From Bacillus subtilis subsp. subtilis str. 168 (GTDB taxonomy: Bacteria; Bacillota; Bacilli; Bacillales; Bacillaceae), in the NCBI RefSeq assembly GCF_000009045.1, contig NC_000964.3, forward strand, positions 3,210,001 through 3,242,000: DNA of 32,000 nucleotides, given 5' to 3'. A model generated the notes under the pieces. That model was not told the DNA's origin. It was given only the letters and a program-made list of their open reading frames with translations, and made no database searches. Shown in pieces: positions 8,858 through 18,777 of this stretch (positions are counted from its first letter, which is position 1; each line of letters opens with the position of its first letter). The position numbers were made by a program, and so were the translations under genes.

Positions 8858-9840
8858 AATCAAATCGGATATTTATTTCATGGCTCAGGTGGCCGTTATT
8901 TATCCGAATCGGGGTTATTATTTTATGTCTGATTCTTTTGTTCGGCCAAATCATTTATATACTTGAGCCTAAGCAGTTCACTTCGGTATTCGAAGGTATT
9001 TGGTGGGCTGTCGTTACGGTTTCTACAGTCGGTTATGGAGACTATGTGCCGCACACTCCGCTGGGACAGGCAGCCGGAATACTGCTGATTTTGAGCGGAG
9101 CAAGCTTTGTCACAGCGTATTTCGCTACGTTATCAGCGGCCGCATTCAGCAGACAGCATCGCTACATTGAAGGAAAAGTTGCTTACAAAGGCCGGGACCA
9201 CATCATTCTGATCGGGTGGAATGAAAAAACAAACCGGCTTTTGAAGGACCTTCAGCTTGCCGCCCCTTCCAAAACAGTCGTACTAATCGATGAATCCTTA
9301 ACAGAAGGCCCGCTTATTGAAAACGTTCATTTCATACGCGGGCACGCTGCCGATGATGGGACACTGAAACGGGCCAATATTACTGAAGCGGAATCAGTGA
9401 TGATTACTGCCGATCAGTATAAAAGTGAAACTGATGCTGATATGCTGTCAGTGCTGACTCTTTTATCTGTTAAAGGTCTTAATCCCCTTGCTTACTGCAT
9501 CGTCGAGATTTTAACTGACCGTTTTGTCACCAATGCGGAACGGGCAGGCGCAAACCAAATCATCGGAACTTCAGAATTTATCAGCCGGGCGATGCTGCAG
9601 CATTACCAAGTCAAGTTACGGCCGTCTAAACAGCAGAACGGAATCAAGCTGACACTTGATCAGCATGTGGAGCTTCTTGCTGTTCCTGACGAACTAAAGG
9701 GAGCGGCTTACAAAACCTGTGTTCTCTATTTCCTTGATCACAACACAACAATTATAGGCATACAAAAAAAGGAGGGGCCGATGCTTTCCCCTCCTCTTAC
9801 ATACAAGGTGCTCGAAACAGATCAATTCCTTGCCATCTAG
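8854..9840 (+). CDS. yugO: Potassium channel with TrkA-N (RCK) domain
   Basis: 328 aa with selectivity filter TVSTVGYGDYVPHTP and RCK-like domain HIILIGWNEKTNRLLKDL. Confidence 0.96.
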   Translation: MKSNRIFISWLRWPLFIRIGVIILCLILLFGQIIYILEPKQFTSVFEGIWWAVVTVSTVGYGDYVPHTPLGQAAGILLILSGASFVTAYFATLSAAAFSRQHRYIEGKVAYKGRDHIILIGWNEKTNRLLKDLQLAAPSKTVVLIDESLTEGPLIENVHFIRGHAADDGTLKRANITEAESVMITADQYKSETDADMLSVLTLLSVKGLNPLAYCIVEILTDRFVTNAERAGANQIIGTSEFISRAMLQHYQVKLRPSKQQNGIKLTLDQHVELLAVPDELKGAAYKTCVLYFLDHNTTIIGIQKKEGPMLSPPLTYKVLETDQFLAI

Positions 9841-10241
9841 TGTAACAGAACATCCTCCAATTCTTTCACGAGAGAGGCGCCGATATCCAAAAATGCCGGA
9901 TCAATTTCCGCGTCCCGCCTTTCCGGTTCGGAAAATTGATTAAACAGTGATTGGAAAGGCCCTCCCTCGGCGTGATCGTCAACATCCGCCTGAAACACCT
10001 GTCTCAGCATAAATGGCGTTCCGATCCGGACGGCCGCCCCTCGTTCATCGAGACTGCCCTGTACCGCATTGACGGGAATTCTTAAAAATAAATAGCCGTC
10101 TCTATCATCAATTTTATAATCAAAGTAGCCATGATCGTATTCCCAGCCGCCGTTTATCACATAACCGAGCGGCTTCATCACTTGTTCCAGTTCTTGAAGC
10201 AGAAAAGACTGCCCATCTATCGCGGAAGGTATTGGTATCAT
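9837..10241 (-). CDS. yugN: YugN-like family protein
   Basis: 134 aa ORF, converging on yugO, with a G-rich SD upstream. Confidence 0.88.
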   Translation of the reverse strand: MIPIPSAIDGQSFLLQELEQVMKPLGYVINGGWEYDHGYFDYKIDDRDGYLFLRIPVNAVQGSLDERGAAVRIGTPFMLRQVFQADVDDHAEGGPFQSLFNQFSEPERRDAEIDPAFLDIGASLVKELEDVLLH

Positions 10242-10300
10242 CAGAATGCCCCTTTTTTCACTTATCCTGTCCCGCCGAACAAGACTTCATTCAGAGGCGC

Positions 10301-10672
10301 CTACATGGAAATCGTTGTTTCTTTCGCGCGGCCAACAGGAAAGAAAGCGCATTCAATTAAGAAGTAAACAGCCATTGCCGCTGCAAGCCATACAGCTGAA
10401 TCCCAAGACACATAAACAACCGTTGCATAGAGTCCTAATTTAGTGAAAAGAGTATGGGTTCGTTTTAAATGCAAAATCCGATGTACCGCATCGGTAAAAA
10501 GGGCAAGCGGCAAACCAATGAGAAGAAAGGAGTGGATGAAAAAATGTGACAGCGTGCCGCCAAAGCTTGAAGAAAACCCTGTATACACGGCATCAAAGGA
10601 GATAAGGAAACTTAAAATAGCTGCAGAAAAACCGGCAATGATGAGATGTTTAACCAATTGTTTCATGAACAT
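10301..10672 (-). CDS. yugM: Membrane protein of unknown function
   Basis: 123 aa from ATG 10672 (MFMKQLVKHLIIAGFSAAILSF...), SD AAAGGTG. The track start at 10798 would run back into pgi and its terminator. Confidence 0.85.
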   Translation of the reverse strand: MFMKQLVKHLIIAGFSAAILSFLISFDAVYTGFSSSFGGTLSHFFIHSFLLIGLPLALFTDAVHRILHLKRTHTLFTKLGLYATVVYVSWDSAVWLAAAMAVYFLIECAFFPVGRAKETTISM

Positions 10673-10692
10673 CAGCACCTTTCTGATTTTAT

Positions 10693-10726
10693 AAAAAGCC
10701 GACCGGCAAATGCCAGTCAGCTTTCT
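10693..10726 (-). terminator. Intrinsic terminator of pgi
   Basis: 13-bp stem with two G-U pairs (10695-10707 / 10712-10724) followed by T's on the minus strand. Confidence 0.85.
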
Positions 10727-10730
10727 CACA

Positions 10731-12083
10731 TTAATCTTCCAGACGTTTTTCAAGCTCTGCTTTTTTCTCTTCAAAGCCAGGTTTGCCGAGTAACGCAAAC
10801 ATATTGACTTTATACGCTTCTACACCAGGCTGGTCAAACGGATTGACGCCAAGGAGGTAACCGCTCATCGCGCAGGCTTTTTCGAAGAAATATACAAGGT
10901 ATCCAAAAGTATATGCATTCAGCTCAGGAATGTTAACGATTAAGTTCGGAACATTTCCGTCTGTATGGGCAAGCATTGTACCTTGGAATGCTTTTTTGTT
11001 AACGAAATCAACAGTTTTACCGGCTAAATAGTTCAAGCCGTCAAGATCGTTATCCGCTTCCTCAATTGTCAGTTCATGTTTAGGCTTCTCTACGTTCAGG
11101 ACCGTTTCGAATAAATCTCTGCGGCCTTCTTGTACATACTGGCCTAAAGAATGAAGGTCTGTTGAATAGTTCGCTGAAGAAGGATAAATGCCCTTCTCAT
11201 CTTTCCCTTCGCTTTCTCCGAACAGCTGCTTCCACCATTCCGCAAAGTATTGAAGCGCCGGTTCGTAGTTGATGAGCATTTCAATTGTTTTGCCCTTATT
11301 ATAAAGGACATTGCGAACAACCGCATATTGGTATGCTGGGTTATCTTCCAGTTCAGATGTTGCAAAATCTTTGCTCGCATCCAGGGCGCCTTTCATCATG
11401 TCGTCAATGTTGACGCCGCTGACAGCAATCGGCAAGAGACCTACAGCTGTTAAAACTGAATAACGGCCGCCGACATCGTCAGGAATTACGAATGATTCAA
11501 AGCCTTCTTCGTTAGAAAGCGTTTTTAATGCGCCGCGCTCTTTATCAGTTGTTGCATAAATCCGCGCTTTCGCTTCTTCTTTACCGTATTTCTCTTCAAG
11601 AAGCTTGCGGAAAATACGGAAAGCGATTGCAGGTTCAGTTGTCGTACCTGATTTAGAAATCACATTAATAGAGAAGTCAACATCTTCAAGAAGATCCATG
11701 ACGTCTCTCATATAAGATGAACTGATGTTGTTCCCGATAAAAATGACTTGCGGATTGCCGCGTTTTGCTTTTGGCAAAGTGTTATAAAACGCGTGATTCA
11801 GCGCTTCAATCGCTGCCCGCGCTCCAAGATAAGAACCGCCGATGCCGACAACAAGCAAGACATCAGAGTCAGATTTGATTTTTTCCGCGCTTTTTTTGAT
11901 GCGCGCGAATTCTTCTTTATCATAATGTTCAGGGAGGTCCACCCAGCCTAGAAAATCGCTGCCCGCGCCTGTTTTCTCATGGATATTATGGTGTGCTGTT
12001 TTTACAAAGTCCCGCAGGTATGTAAGTTCATGTTCGTTGAAGAAAGTCAACGCTTTTGAGTAGTCAAAGCGTACATGCGTCAT
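10731..12083 (-). CDS. pgi: Glucose-6-phosphate isomerase
   Basis: 450 aa from ATG 12083 ([12 protein letters not shown]...), with [13 protein letters not shown] and [13 protein letters not shown]. Confidence 0.97.
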   Translation of the reverse strand: MTHVRFDYSKALTFFNEHELTYLRDFVKTAHHNIHEKTGAGSDFLGWVDLPEHYDKEEFARIKKSAEKIKSDSDVLLVVGIGGSYLGARAAIEALNHAFYNTLPKAKRGNPQVIFIGNNISSSYMRDVMDLLEDVDFSINVISKSGTTTEPAIAFRIFRKLLEEKYGKEEAKARIYATTDKERGALKTLSNEEGFESFVIPDDVGGRYSVLTAVGLLPIAVSGVNIDDMMKGALDASKDFATSELEDNPAYQYAVVRNVLYNKGKTIEMLINYEPALQYFAEWWKQLFGESEGKDEKGIYPSSANYSTDLHSLGQYVQEGRRDLFETVLNVEKPKHELTIEEADNDLDGLNYLAGKTVDFVNKKAFQGTMLAHTDGNVPNLIVNIPELNAYTFGYLVYFFEKACAMSGYLLGVNPFDQPGVEAYKVNMFALLGKPGFEEKKAELEKRLED

Positions 12084-12160
12084 TGCTTGTCCCTCCATAA
12101 CGGTATAATGTTTTCATCTTTCACTTTATATGAACTTATCTGTGAAATCAAGTCAAGAAG

Positions 12161-12190
12161 AAAGGGCGGAATGACTGGATTCCGCCCTTT
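12161..12190 (-). terminator. Intrinsic terminator of yugK
   Basis: Perfect 12-bp stem AAAGGGCGGAAT / ATTCCGCCCTTT. Confidence 0.8.
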
Positions 12191-12194
12191 GGGT

Positions 12195-13370
12195 TTATAG
12201 AGACGCGCGAAGGATGGCAAGCACGTCATCTTTGTTCAGTTTTTGGAAGTTGCCGAAGCCGCCGTGTTCCATTTCCTTGGCTGCGATATCAGCAATCAGC
12301 TCAAGCTTTTCTTCTCCAATATTGTAATCAGCAAGACGAGAAGGTGCACCGAGGCTTGTCCAGAACGCAGACAGTTTATCGATTCCTTCAAGCGCAATTT
12401 CTTTATCTGTTTTGCCTTCAGTATCAATGTCAAACATGTTGAGCATAAGGTTTTTAAAACGGCCTACATTTGTATCAAGCGTGTATCTCATCCAATTTGG
12501 GAACAGTATTGCCAAACCGCCCGCGTGCGGAATATCATATACAGCTGAAACAGCGTGTTCCATTGTATGAGAAGCCCAGTCACCGAAGTATCCCATTTGG
12601 AGCGTGCCGTTTAAAGCAATAGTACCAGCATACAAAATCGTTTCACGAAGTTCGTAGTTTTCCAGATCTTCAAGAAGCTTAGGAGCTGTTTCGATGACCG
12701 TCTGCAAAACAGCAAAGCACATTCTATCCTGAAGCGGCGTGTTTTCAACATTATGGAAGTATTGTTCGAATACGTGGCTCATCATGTCAACCATGCCGTA
12801 TACTGTTTGATTTTCTGGAACGGTGAACGTATTTTCAGGGTCTAAAATAGAGAAACGCGGATGAGTGACATTGCTGCCCCATACAAATTTCTCGTTTGTT
12901 TCCCAGTTTGTAATCACGGAATCAGGGTTCATTTCAGACCCTGTTGCAGCAAGAGTTAAAACAGTGCCAAACGGCAGCGCATCCTCCGCTGTTACTTTTT
13001 TGCTGAAAATATCCCAAGCGTCACCGTCATATTTGACGCCAGCTGCGATTGCCTTTGTACAGTCAATCACACTGCCTCCGCCGACAGCAAGCAGAAAATC
13101 AATGTCATGCTCTCTGCAAAGTCCTATGCCTTTTTCCACTGTCGCAAGACGCGGGTTTGGCTCTACACCTGACAGCTCATGAACAACAGCGCCCTCTTCT
13201 TTTAAAATGCCTGTGACTTGATCATAAAGGCCGTTGCGTTTAATGCTGCCGCCCCCGTAAACAAGCAGTACATTCTTGCCGTATCGTTTGAATTCTTTTC
13301 TTAATTGTTCAAGCTGACCTTTTCCAAAAATCAGCTTTGTCGGATTATAATAAGTGAAATTTTCCATAGT
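12195..13370 (-). CDS. yugK: Iron-containing alcohol dehydrogenase (butanol-dehydrogenase type, NADH-dependent)
   Basis: 391 aa from ATG 13370 ([18 protein letters not shown]...), with [13 protein letters not shown] and [14 protein letters not shown]. Confidence 0.94.
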   Translation of the reverse strand, partial: TMENFTYYNPTKLIFGKGQLEQLRKEFKRYGKNVLLVYGGGSIKRNGLYDQVTGILKEEGAVVHELSGVEPNPRLATVEKGIGLCREHDIDFLLAVGGGSVIDCTKAIAAGVKYDGDAWDIFSKKVTAEDALPFGTVLTLAATGSEMNPDSVITNWETNEKFVWGSNVTHPRFSILDPENTFTVPENQTVYGMVDMMSHVFEQYFHNVENTPLQDRMCFAVLQTVIETAPKLLEDLENYELRETILYAGTIALNGTLQMGYFGDWASHTMEHAVSAVYDIPHAGGLAILFPNWMRYTLDTNVGRFKNLMLNMFDIDTEGKTDKEIALEGIDKLSAFWTSLGAPSRLADYNIGEEKLELIADIAAKEMEHGGFGNFQKLNKDDVLAILRASL

Positions 13371-13433
13371 AAAACCTCCAAATGATGCTGGTAAAAAACA
13401 GATTTTCCATTGTAACATAAGTTGACAAAAAAG

Positions 13434-13470
13434 AAAAAGGGAAGCAGCCAAACGGCTATTTCCCCTTTTT
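13434..13470 (-). terminator. Probable terminator between yugJ and yugK
   Basis: Imperfect stem AAAAAGGG...AGCC-AAAC-GGCT...CCCCTTTTT, located after the yugJ stop. Confidence 0.65.
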
Positions 13471-14634
13471 TTATAGTGATGCTTTCAAAATTGACAGCAC
13501 ATCTTCTTTGTTGAGTGATTTAAATTGGCCGAATGTACCGTTAGCCATTGCCTTGTCAGCGATTGTGTCAAGCTGCTCATCATTAATATCATAATCAGCA
13601 AGACGGTTCGGAGCGCCAAGACTTGTCCAGAATGCGGACAGCTTATCGATACCTTCAAGGGCAATTTCTTCATCCGTTTTACCTGCTTCTTCAACATCAA
13701 ACACGCGAACTGCAAGCTGTTTCATGCGGGCAGGGTTTTCAGACAATGTGTGTCTCATCCAATTCGGGAACAGAATCGCCAGTCCGCCGGCATGCGGAAT
13801 ATCATAAACGGCTGATACTGCATGTTCAATATTATGAGTAGCCCAATCCCCTCTTGCCCCCATAGAAAGCATGCCGTTTAATGCGATTGTTCCTGTGTAC
13901 AGGATCGTCTCACGCAATTCGTAATTTTCGAGATCATTGATCAGCTTAGGCGCTGTTTCAATGACTGTACGCAAAAGTGATTCACACATGCGGTCCTGAT
14001 ACGGCGTGTTTGATACATGATGGAAGTATTGTTCGAATACGTGGCTCATCATGTCAACCATCCCGTAGATCGTGTGGTTTTTAGGTACGGTGAATGTATT
14101 CACCGGATCAAGAATCGAGAATTTAGGGAATACGAGCGGGCTGCCCCAGCCGTATTTTTCTTTTGTTTCCCAGTTTGTAATAACAGATCCTGAGTTCATT
14201 TCTGAACCAGTTGCAGCGAGAGTCAATACCGTTCCGAATGGCAAAGCATCTTTTGGCTGATGCTTTTTCGTAACGATATCCCACGCATCACCATCATACT
14301 TCGCTCCTGCGGCAATCGCTTTTGTACAGTCGATTACGCTTCCGCCTCCGACAGCCAGCAAGAAATCAATGTTTTGTTCTTTACAGATGGCAACACCTTT
14401 ATTAACAGTCGACACACGAGGATTCGGTTCCACACCTGCTAATTCATGCACGGTCGCTCCGGCTTTATTCAGCTGTTCAATCACTTGATCATACAGGCCG
14501 CTGCGTTTAATGCTGCCGCCTCCGTACACAAGCAATACGTTTTTTCCGTAAGGTTTGAGTTCCTCCGGAAGTCTTTCCACTTCGCCGCGCCCGAAAATTA
14601 ATTTGGTCGGATTCCAGTATGTAAAGTTTTGCAT
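13471..14634 (-). CDS. yugJ: Iron-containing alcohol dehydrogenase, paralogue of yugK
   Basis: 387 aa [22 protein letters not shown]..., colinear with YugK along its whole length. Confidence 0.94.
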   Translation of the reverse strand: MQNFTYWNPTKLIFGRGEVERLPEELKPYGKNVLLVYGGGSIKRSGLYDQVIEQLNKAGATVHELAGVEPNPRVSTVNKGVAICKEQNIDFLLAVGGGSVIDCTKAIAAGAKYDGDAWDIVTKKHQPKDALPFGTVLTLAATGSEMNSGSVITNWETKEKYGWGSPLVFPKFSILDPVNTFTVPKNHTIYGMVDMMSHVFEQYFHHVSNTPYQDRMCESLLRTVIETAPKLINDLENYELRETILYTGTIALNGMLSMGARGDWATHNIEHAVSAVYDIPHAGGLAILFPNWMRHTLSENPARMKQLAVRVFDVEEAGKTDEEIALEGIDKLSAFWTSLGAPNRLADYDINDEQLDTIADKAMANGTFGQFKSLNKEDVLSILKASL

Positions 14635-14863
14635 GACATCTCCTCCTTAGATTTTTTATTATGCAGAATGTCCTCACCACATGTAAAGCAATCAGCTCTC
14701 ACCGATCAGCATACCAGATGGTTTTATTTTGCAAGGTGCTGGGAAAGAAGCTGATATAAGCGAGGGCAGGCCAGCTTCCCTCATATGGAGAATGCATGTA
14801 TAGATTCTCCAATATGTCACAATCTATAACTGTTTTAATAATTCATGGAGGAGGTTGCAAAAC

Positions 14864-15100
14864 ATGAGTACCATTCAAAGAATTTGTCTTGTATTAACCA
14901 TCATTGGCGCCATTAACTGGGGACTGATCGGATTTTTCCAATTTGACTTAGTAGCGGCTATCTTCGGCGGCCAAGGGTCAGCTCTTTCCCGAATCATTTA
15001 CGGACTTGTCGGAATCGCCGGCTTAATCAACCTCGGTCTGCTATTTAAGCCAAACGAGGAAAGATCACGTGAAGAAGCAGCAAATCCTGAAATGCGATAG
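14864..15100 (+). CDS. yuzA: DUF378 small membrane protein
   Basis: 78 aa from ATG 14864 with SD GGAGGAGG. The track start 14855 is an upstream TTG. Confidence 0.9.
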   Translation: MSTIQRICLVLTIIGAINWGLIGFFQFDLVAAIFGGQGSALSRIIYGLVGIAGLINLGLLFKPNEERSREEAANPEMR

Positions 15101-15138
15101 GATATCAATCACGCTGAAATAGGATTTTGCATGAAATC

Positions 15139-15172
15139 AAAAGCACCGAACATTCCTGTCCGGTGCTTTTTT
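15139..15172. terminator. Bidirectional terminator between converging yuzA and yugI
   Basis: Perfect stem AAAAGCACCG / CGGTGCTTTT with A and T runs on both sides. Confidence 0.85.
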
Positions 15173-15177
15173 CATGC

Positions 15178-15570
15178 TTATTTTTTGATAAGGTCTTTGC
15201 GGTTGGACATTTCGATCCACTCTTCAAGCTTATCTTTTAATGTGTTGAAACCTTGTGGTGTAGAAGCTTCTTCGCTTACTTGAGCAGCTTTAGGTTTTCT
15301 TGGTTTGCTTTCTTTTTTCTCAGGCGCAGCTTGTGTCGCACGAATTGAAAGGCTGATTTTGCCTTTTTCTTCATCAACAGCAAGTACTTTTACTTGTACT
15401 TCGTCGCCAACTGAAAGGTGCTCGTTGATATCTTTTACGAAACCGTGAGTCACTTCAGAAATGTGTACTAAACCTTGAGTTTCTTCATCTAATGCAACAA
15501 ACGCACCATACGCTTGTAATCCTGTAACTTTACCAGTGTAAACACTGCCCACTTCAAATTTTGCTGCCAT
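15178..15570 (-). CDS. yugI: S1-domain RNA-binding general stress protein 13
   Basis: 130 aa with KFEVGSVYTGKVTGLQAYGAFVALDEETQGLVHISEVTHGFV, a classical S1 domain. Confidence 0.94.
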   Translation of the reverse strand: MAAKFEVGSVYTGKVTGLQAYGAFVALDEETQGLVHISEVTHGFVKDINEHLSVGDEVQVKVLAVDEEKGKISLSIRATQAAPEKKESKPRKPKAAQVSEEASTPQGFNTLKDKLEEWIEMSNRKDLIKK

Positions 15571-15620
15571 TCATAACAACTCCTAAGTTAAATTAAATAT
15601 CTGTTTATACGCAATTTAAA

Positions 15621-15649
15621 ATTATATCACACATGTCTTATTTCCGCAA
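15621..15649 (-). promoter_or_regulatory. Candidate sigma-A promoter of yugI
   Basis: Minus strand TTGCGG - 17 nt - TATAAT, with a TG upstream of the -10. Confidence 0.55.
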
Positions 15650-15744
15650 AGAAAACTTTTTTATAAAAAATCAGGTTTATGCACAGCAAAAAGGGGGTAA
15701 ACTGAAAATACCAAAGGCTTTCTAGTATTCCCCCCTTTTATTGG

Positions 15745-15774
15745 ATGCGAACAAAAGGTTCGTATCTTTTTTTA
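15745..15774 (+). terminator. Plus-strand intrinsic terminator with no plus-strand gene upstream
   Basis: GATGCGAAC-AAAAG-GTTCGTATC followed by 7 T's on the plus strand. The minus strand has no T-run after the hairpin. Confidence 0.7.
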
Positions 15775-16932
15775 TGTTGTTTTGTGCAGGAAGCGTTTCA
15801 TTCTGACTAACGCTTCTTGAAGCTGTTCAATCGAGGTTGCGTATGAACAACGGATATATCCCTCACCGCTCGGACCAAACACACTTCCAGGAACAACTGC
15901 CACTTTTTCCTGCGTCAGTAGCTCCTCGGCAAACTGTTCTGAACTCATTCCCATGCTTTTGATAGATGGAAAAGCATAGAAAGCGCCGCCCGGATGATGA
16001 CAGCTGAGACCGATTTCATTGAGCGATTCTACAAACAGATTCCGTCTTCTTCGATAGCTTTTTTTCATTTTTTCTACGTCTTCCATGCCGTTCTTCAGGC
16101 CTTCAAGGGCGGCAAACTGCGCCATTGCGGGCGCGCACATCATCGCATACTGATGAATTTTAAGCATGGCATCCCGAAGCAAGGATGGTGCCGCGGCAAA
16201 ACCGAGCCTCCAGCCCGTCATTGCAAATGCTTTTGAAAAGCCTGAGATGACTACCGTCCGTTCCTTCATTCCCGGTAATGCCGCTATACTTGTAAATTCC
16301 TCATCATATGTCAGCTCCGCGTAGATCTCGTCGGCTAAGACGATGACATCATGTTTTTTGGCAAACTCAGCAATCTCATTCAGCTCTTCCTTCGAATAAA
16401 CCGAACCTGTCGGATTCGATGGTGAGCAGATGAGAATGGCCTTTGTTTTTTCAGTGACTGCCGCTTCAAAATCAGCAGCCGTTGCTTTAAATCCTTTGTC
16501 TGCCGTTGTATGAACGTGAACCGGGATACCGCCTGCCAAAGAAACAAGCGCATCGTACGCAACAAAACACGGCTCAGGAATGATGACTTCCTCACCTGGA
16601 TTCACAATGGCGCGGATCGCAATATCCAAAGCCTGACTTGCCCCCACTGTCACAATCAGCTCATTATCTGGCGAGTAGCTAAGGTCAAACCTGTTGCTCA
16701 AATAACGGCTGATTTCCTCCCGCAATGAGTATAAACCCGCATTGGCCGTGTATGACGTATATCCTTGTTCAAGAGAGAGAATGCTTGCTTCGCGGACATT
16801 CCATGCGGTAACAAAATCAGGCTCGCCGACGCCTAAAGAAATGACGCCTTCCATCGTTGCCGCCAAATCAAAGAATTTGCGGATGCCGGATGGTTTTATT
16901 TGTTGTACATAGTCTGATAAATACGAAGTCAT
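15772..16932 (-). CDS. alaT: PLP-dependent class I/II aminotransferase (alanine transaminase)
   Basis: 386 aa with SPSNPTGSVY, DEIYAELTY and SGFSKAFAMTGWRLGF. Confidence 0.94.
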   Translation of the reverse strand: MTSYLSDYVQQIKPSGIRKFFDLAATMEGVISLGVGEPDFVTAWNVREASILSLEQGYTSYTANAGLYSLREEISRYLSNRFDLSYSPDNELIVTVGASQALDIAIRAIVNPGEEVIIPEPCFVAYDALVSLAGGIPVHVHTTADKGFKATAADFEAAVTEKTKAILICSPSNPTGSVYSKEELNEIAEFAKKHDVIVLADEIYAELTYDEEFTSIAALPGMKERTVVISGFSKAFAMTGWRLGFAAAPSLLRDAMLKIHQYAMMCAPAMAQFAALEGLKNGMEDVEKMKKSYRRRRNLFVESLNEIGLSCHHPGGAFYAFPSIKSMGMSSEQFAEELLTQEKVAVVPGSVFGPSGEGYIRCSYATSIEQLQEALVRMKRFLHKTT

Positions 16933-17442
16933 TTACGGTGACACCACGATTCTTTTGTCGTCGTCTCCTGTTTCAAACACTTTGCCGTCATGCTTGTATT
17001 TTTTCAGGATAAAATGGGTTGTCGTAGATACAACTGAATCAAGCGTTGAGAGTTTATCCGAAACAAAACGCGCTACGTCAGACATCGAATTGCCGCGAAT
17101 CACGACAGACAAATCGTATACGCCTGACATCAGGTAAACTGATTCAACCTCTTGGAATCGGTAAATCCGTTCCGCCACTTCATCAAAACCGACGCCCCGC
17201 TTCGGCGTTACTTTGACGTCAATCATGGCCGTAACGCCCTCATGTCCGTCGACTTTTCGCCAGTCAATCATAGCGGAATAATCGATAATAACCTTTTCTT
17301 TCTCCAGTTTGTCAATAATTGTTTTCACTTCATTTACAGGGATGCCCGCCATCTTTGCGATTGTTTCTAAATCGGCGCGGCTGTTTTCGTCTAAAATTTC
17401 TAATATTTCTGTTTCTTTTTCTGTCAATTTCATTTGATTCAC
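16933..17442 (-). CDS. alaR: Lrp/AsnC-family transcriptional regulator
   Basis: 169 aa: N-terminal HTH MKLTEKETEILEILDENSRADLETIAKMAGI and a C-terminal RAM-like domain. Directly precedes alaT. Confidence 0.93.
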   Translation of the reverse strand: MNQMKLTEKETEILEILDENSRADLETIAKMAGIPVNEVKTIIDKLEKEKVIIDYSAMIDWRKVDGHEGVTAMIDVKVTPKRGVGFDEVAERIYRFQEVESVYLMSGVYDLSVVIRGNSMSDVARFVSDKLSTLDSVVSTTTHFILKKYKHDGKVFETGDDDKRIVVSP

Positions 17443-17580
17443 ACCTTTGCAATGTCAAGAAATCTCATGACATTATATCACGTTTTTTGACGAATGCTAA
17501 GAAAAAACGAGGAGAAACTTCCGCTAGAATTGACAATTTCAGGGCATAATACAACCATCAAAAAAAGGGAGTGACACAGA

Positions 17581-18402
17581 ATGGAGGCGGTTTCACCAAT
17601 AAGGCGGTTTACGGTCGATGGAGTCAATGTATACTACGAACATTATCAAAATCCCGGCAGGCAAACGCTGGTCTGCGTACACGGTTTTTTATCATCTGCA
17701 TTCAGCTTCAGAAAAGTAATTCCTCTCCTTCGGGACAAGTACGACATCATCGCGCTTGATTTGCCTCCTTTCGGCCAATCTGAAAAATCAAGAACGTTTA
17801 TCTATACCTATCAAAACCTTGCTAAGCTTGTCATTGGGATTTTGGAGCACTTGCAAGTGAAACAGGCTGTGCTTGTCGGGCATTCTATGGGCGGGCAGAT
17901 ATCGCTGTCTGCTGCTCTCCAAAAACCTGAGCTTTTTTCAAAGGTTGTGCTGCTTTGCAGTTCAGGGTATTTAAAACGTTCACACCCGACGATTATTTTC
18001 GGGACCCATATCCCGTATTTTCATCTTTACATCAAACGCTGGCTCTCGAAAGAAGGCGTGATGAAAAATTTATTAAATGTGGTGCATGACAAATCGCTGA
18101 TTGATGAGGAGATGATTGACGGCTATGGCAGACCGTTTCAGGACGAGCAGATTTTCAAAGCCATGACAAGGTTTATCCGCCACAGAGAAGGAGATTTAGA
18201 ACCCGAGCAATTGAAGAAAATGAACAAGCCTGCTCTATTGATTTGGGGCGAGGAGGATCGAATTGTCCCAATGGAGATCGGTAAACGGCTGCACGCAGAT
18301 TTGCCTAATTCCGTGCTGTACTCACTTGGCCAGACCGGACATCTGGTGCCTGAAGAACGGCCTGAACTTATTTCTGAACACATTGCTGATTTTATCAAAT
18401 AA
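17581..18402 (+). CDS. yugF: Alpha/beta hydrolase
   Basis: 273 aa with VCVHGFLSSAFSFRKVI and nucleophile elbow VGHSMGGQ. Confidence 0.94.
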   Translation: MEAVSPIRRFTVDGVNVYYEHYQNPGRQTLVCVHGFLSSAFSFRKVIPLLRDKYDIIALDLPPFGQSEKSRTFIYTYQNLAKLVIGILEHLQVKQAVLVGHSMGGQISLSAALQKPELFSKVVLLCSSGYLKRSHPTIIFGTHIPYFHLYIKRWLSKEGVMKNLLNVVHDKSLIDEEMIDGYGRPFQDEQIFKAMTRFIRHREGDLEPEQLKKMNKPALLIWGEEDRIVPMEIGKRLHADLPNSVLYSLGQTGHLVPEERPELISEHIADFIK

Positions 18403-18403
18403 C

Positions 18404-18432
18404 AAAAAAACCGGTGCTGAACCGGTTTTTTT
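18404..18432. terminator. Bidirectional terminator between yugF and yugE
   Basis: AAAAAAACCGG - TGCTGAA - CCGGTTTTTTT. Confidence 0.9.
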
Positions 18433-18691
18433 AAGGCGTGCAGGAGCTGCTGTTTTTAATGAATAAAAGCTGGCCAGCCACTTCCCGGCAGCTGGCGATC
18501 GGCAGCGTTTGTTCAAAAGAAGTTTCAAATATTTGCTGAATGCTTTTCGCCAGCAAGTCGGGATCGTTTTCATCATAGACTGCCTGCACGACATCAACAG
18601 CCTCCGTTTCGTAAAACTCTTCTCCATATTTAAACGGGTCCCATTTGGCAATGATCTTAATCATTTCCCTGACCGCATGACTTTCTTCCAT
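18431..18691 (-). CDS. yugE: DUF1871 family small protein
   Basis: 86 aa from ATG 18691 (MEESHAVREMIKIIAKWDPF...), SD GGTG at 6 nt. Confidence 0.86.
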   Translation of the reverse strand: MEESHAVREMIKIIAKWDPFKYGEEFYETEAVDVVQAVYDENDPDLLAKSIQQIFETSFEQTLPIASCREVAGQLLFIKNSSSCTP

Positions 18692-18777
18692 ATTCATCAC
18701 CGCTTATAATAAAATTTGCAGTTCTATCTTATCATAGTGAAGCTTAGAAGAATAAACATACATGAGGGGGTAACAGA

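Noticed and set aside
10246-10443. 65-aa plus-strand ORF near yugM/yugN (and 10443-10694)
   Set aside because: Antisense frames over a membrane protein gene, with no RBS and no recognisable product.
10673-10798. N-terminal extension of yugM in the ORF track
   Set aside because: The extra 42 codons run through the pgi terminator hairpin and into pgi. ATG 10672 has a proper SD.
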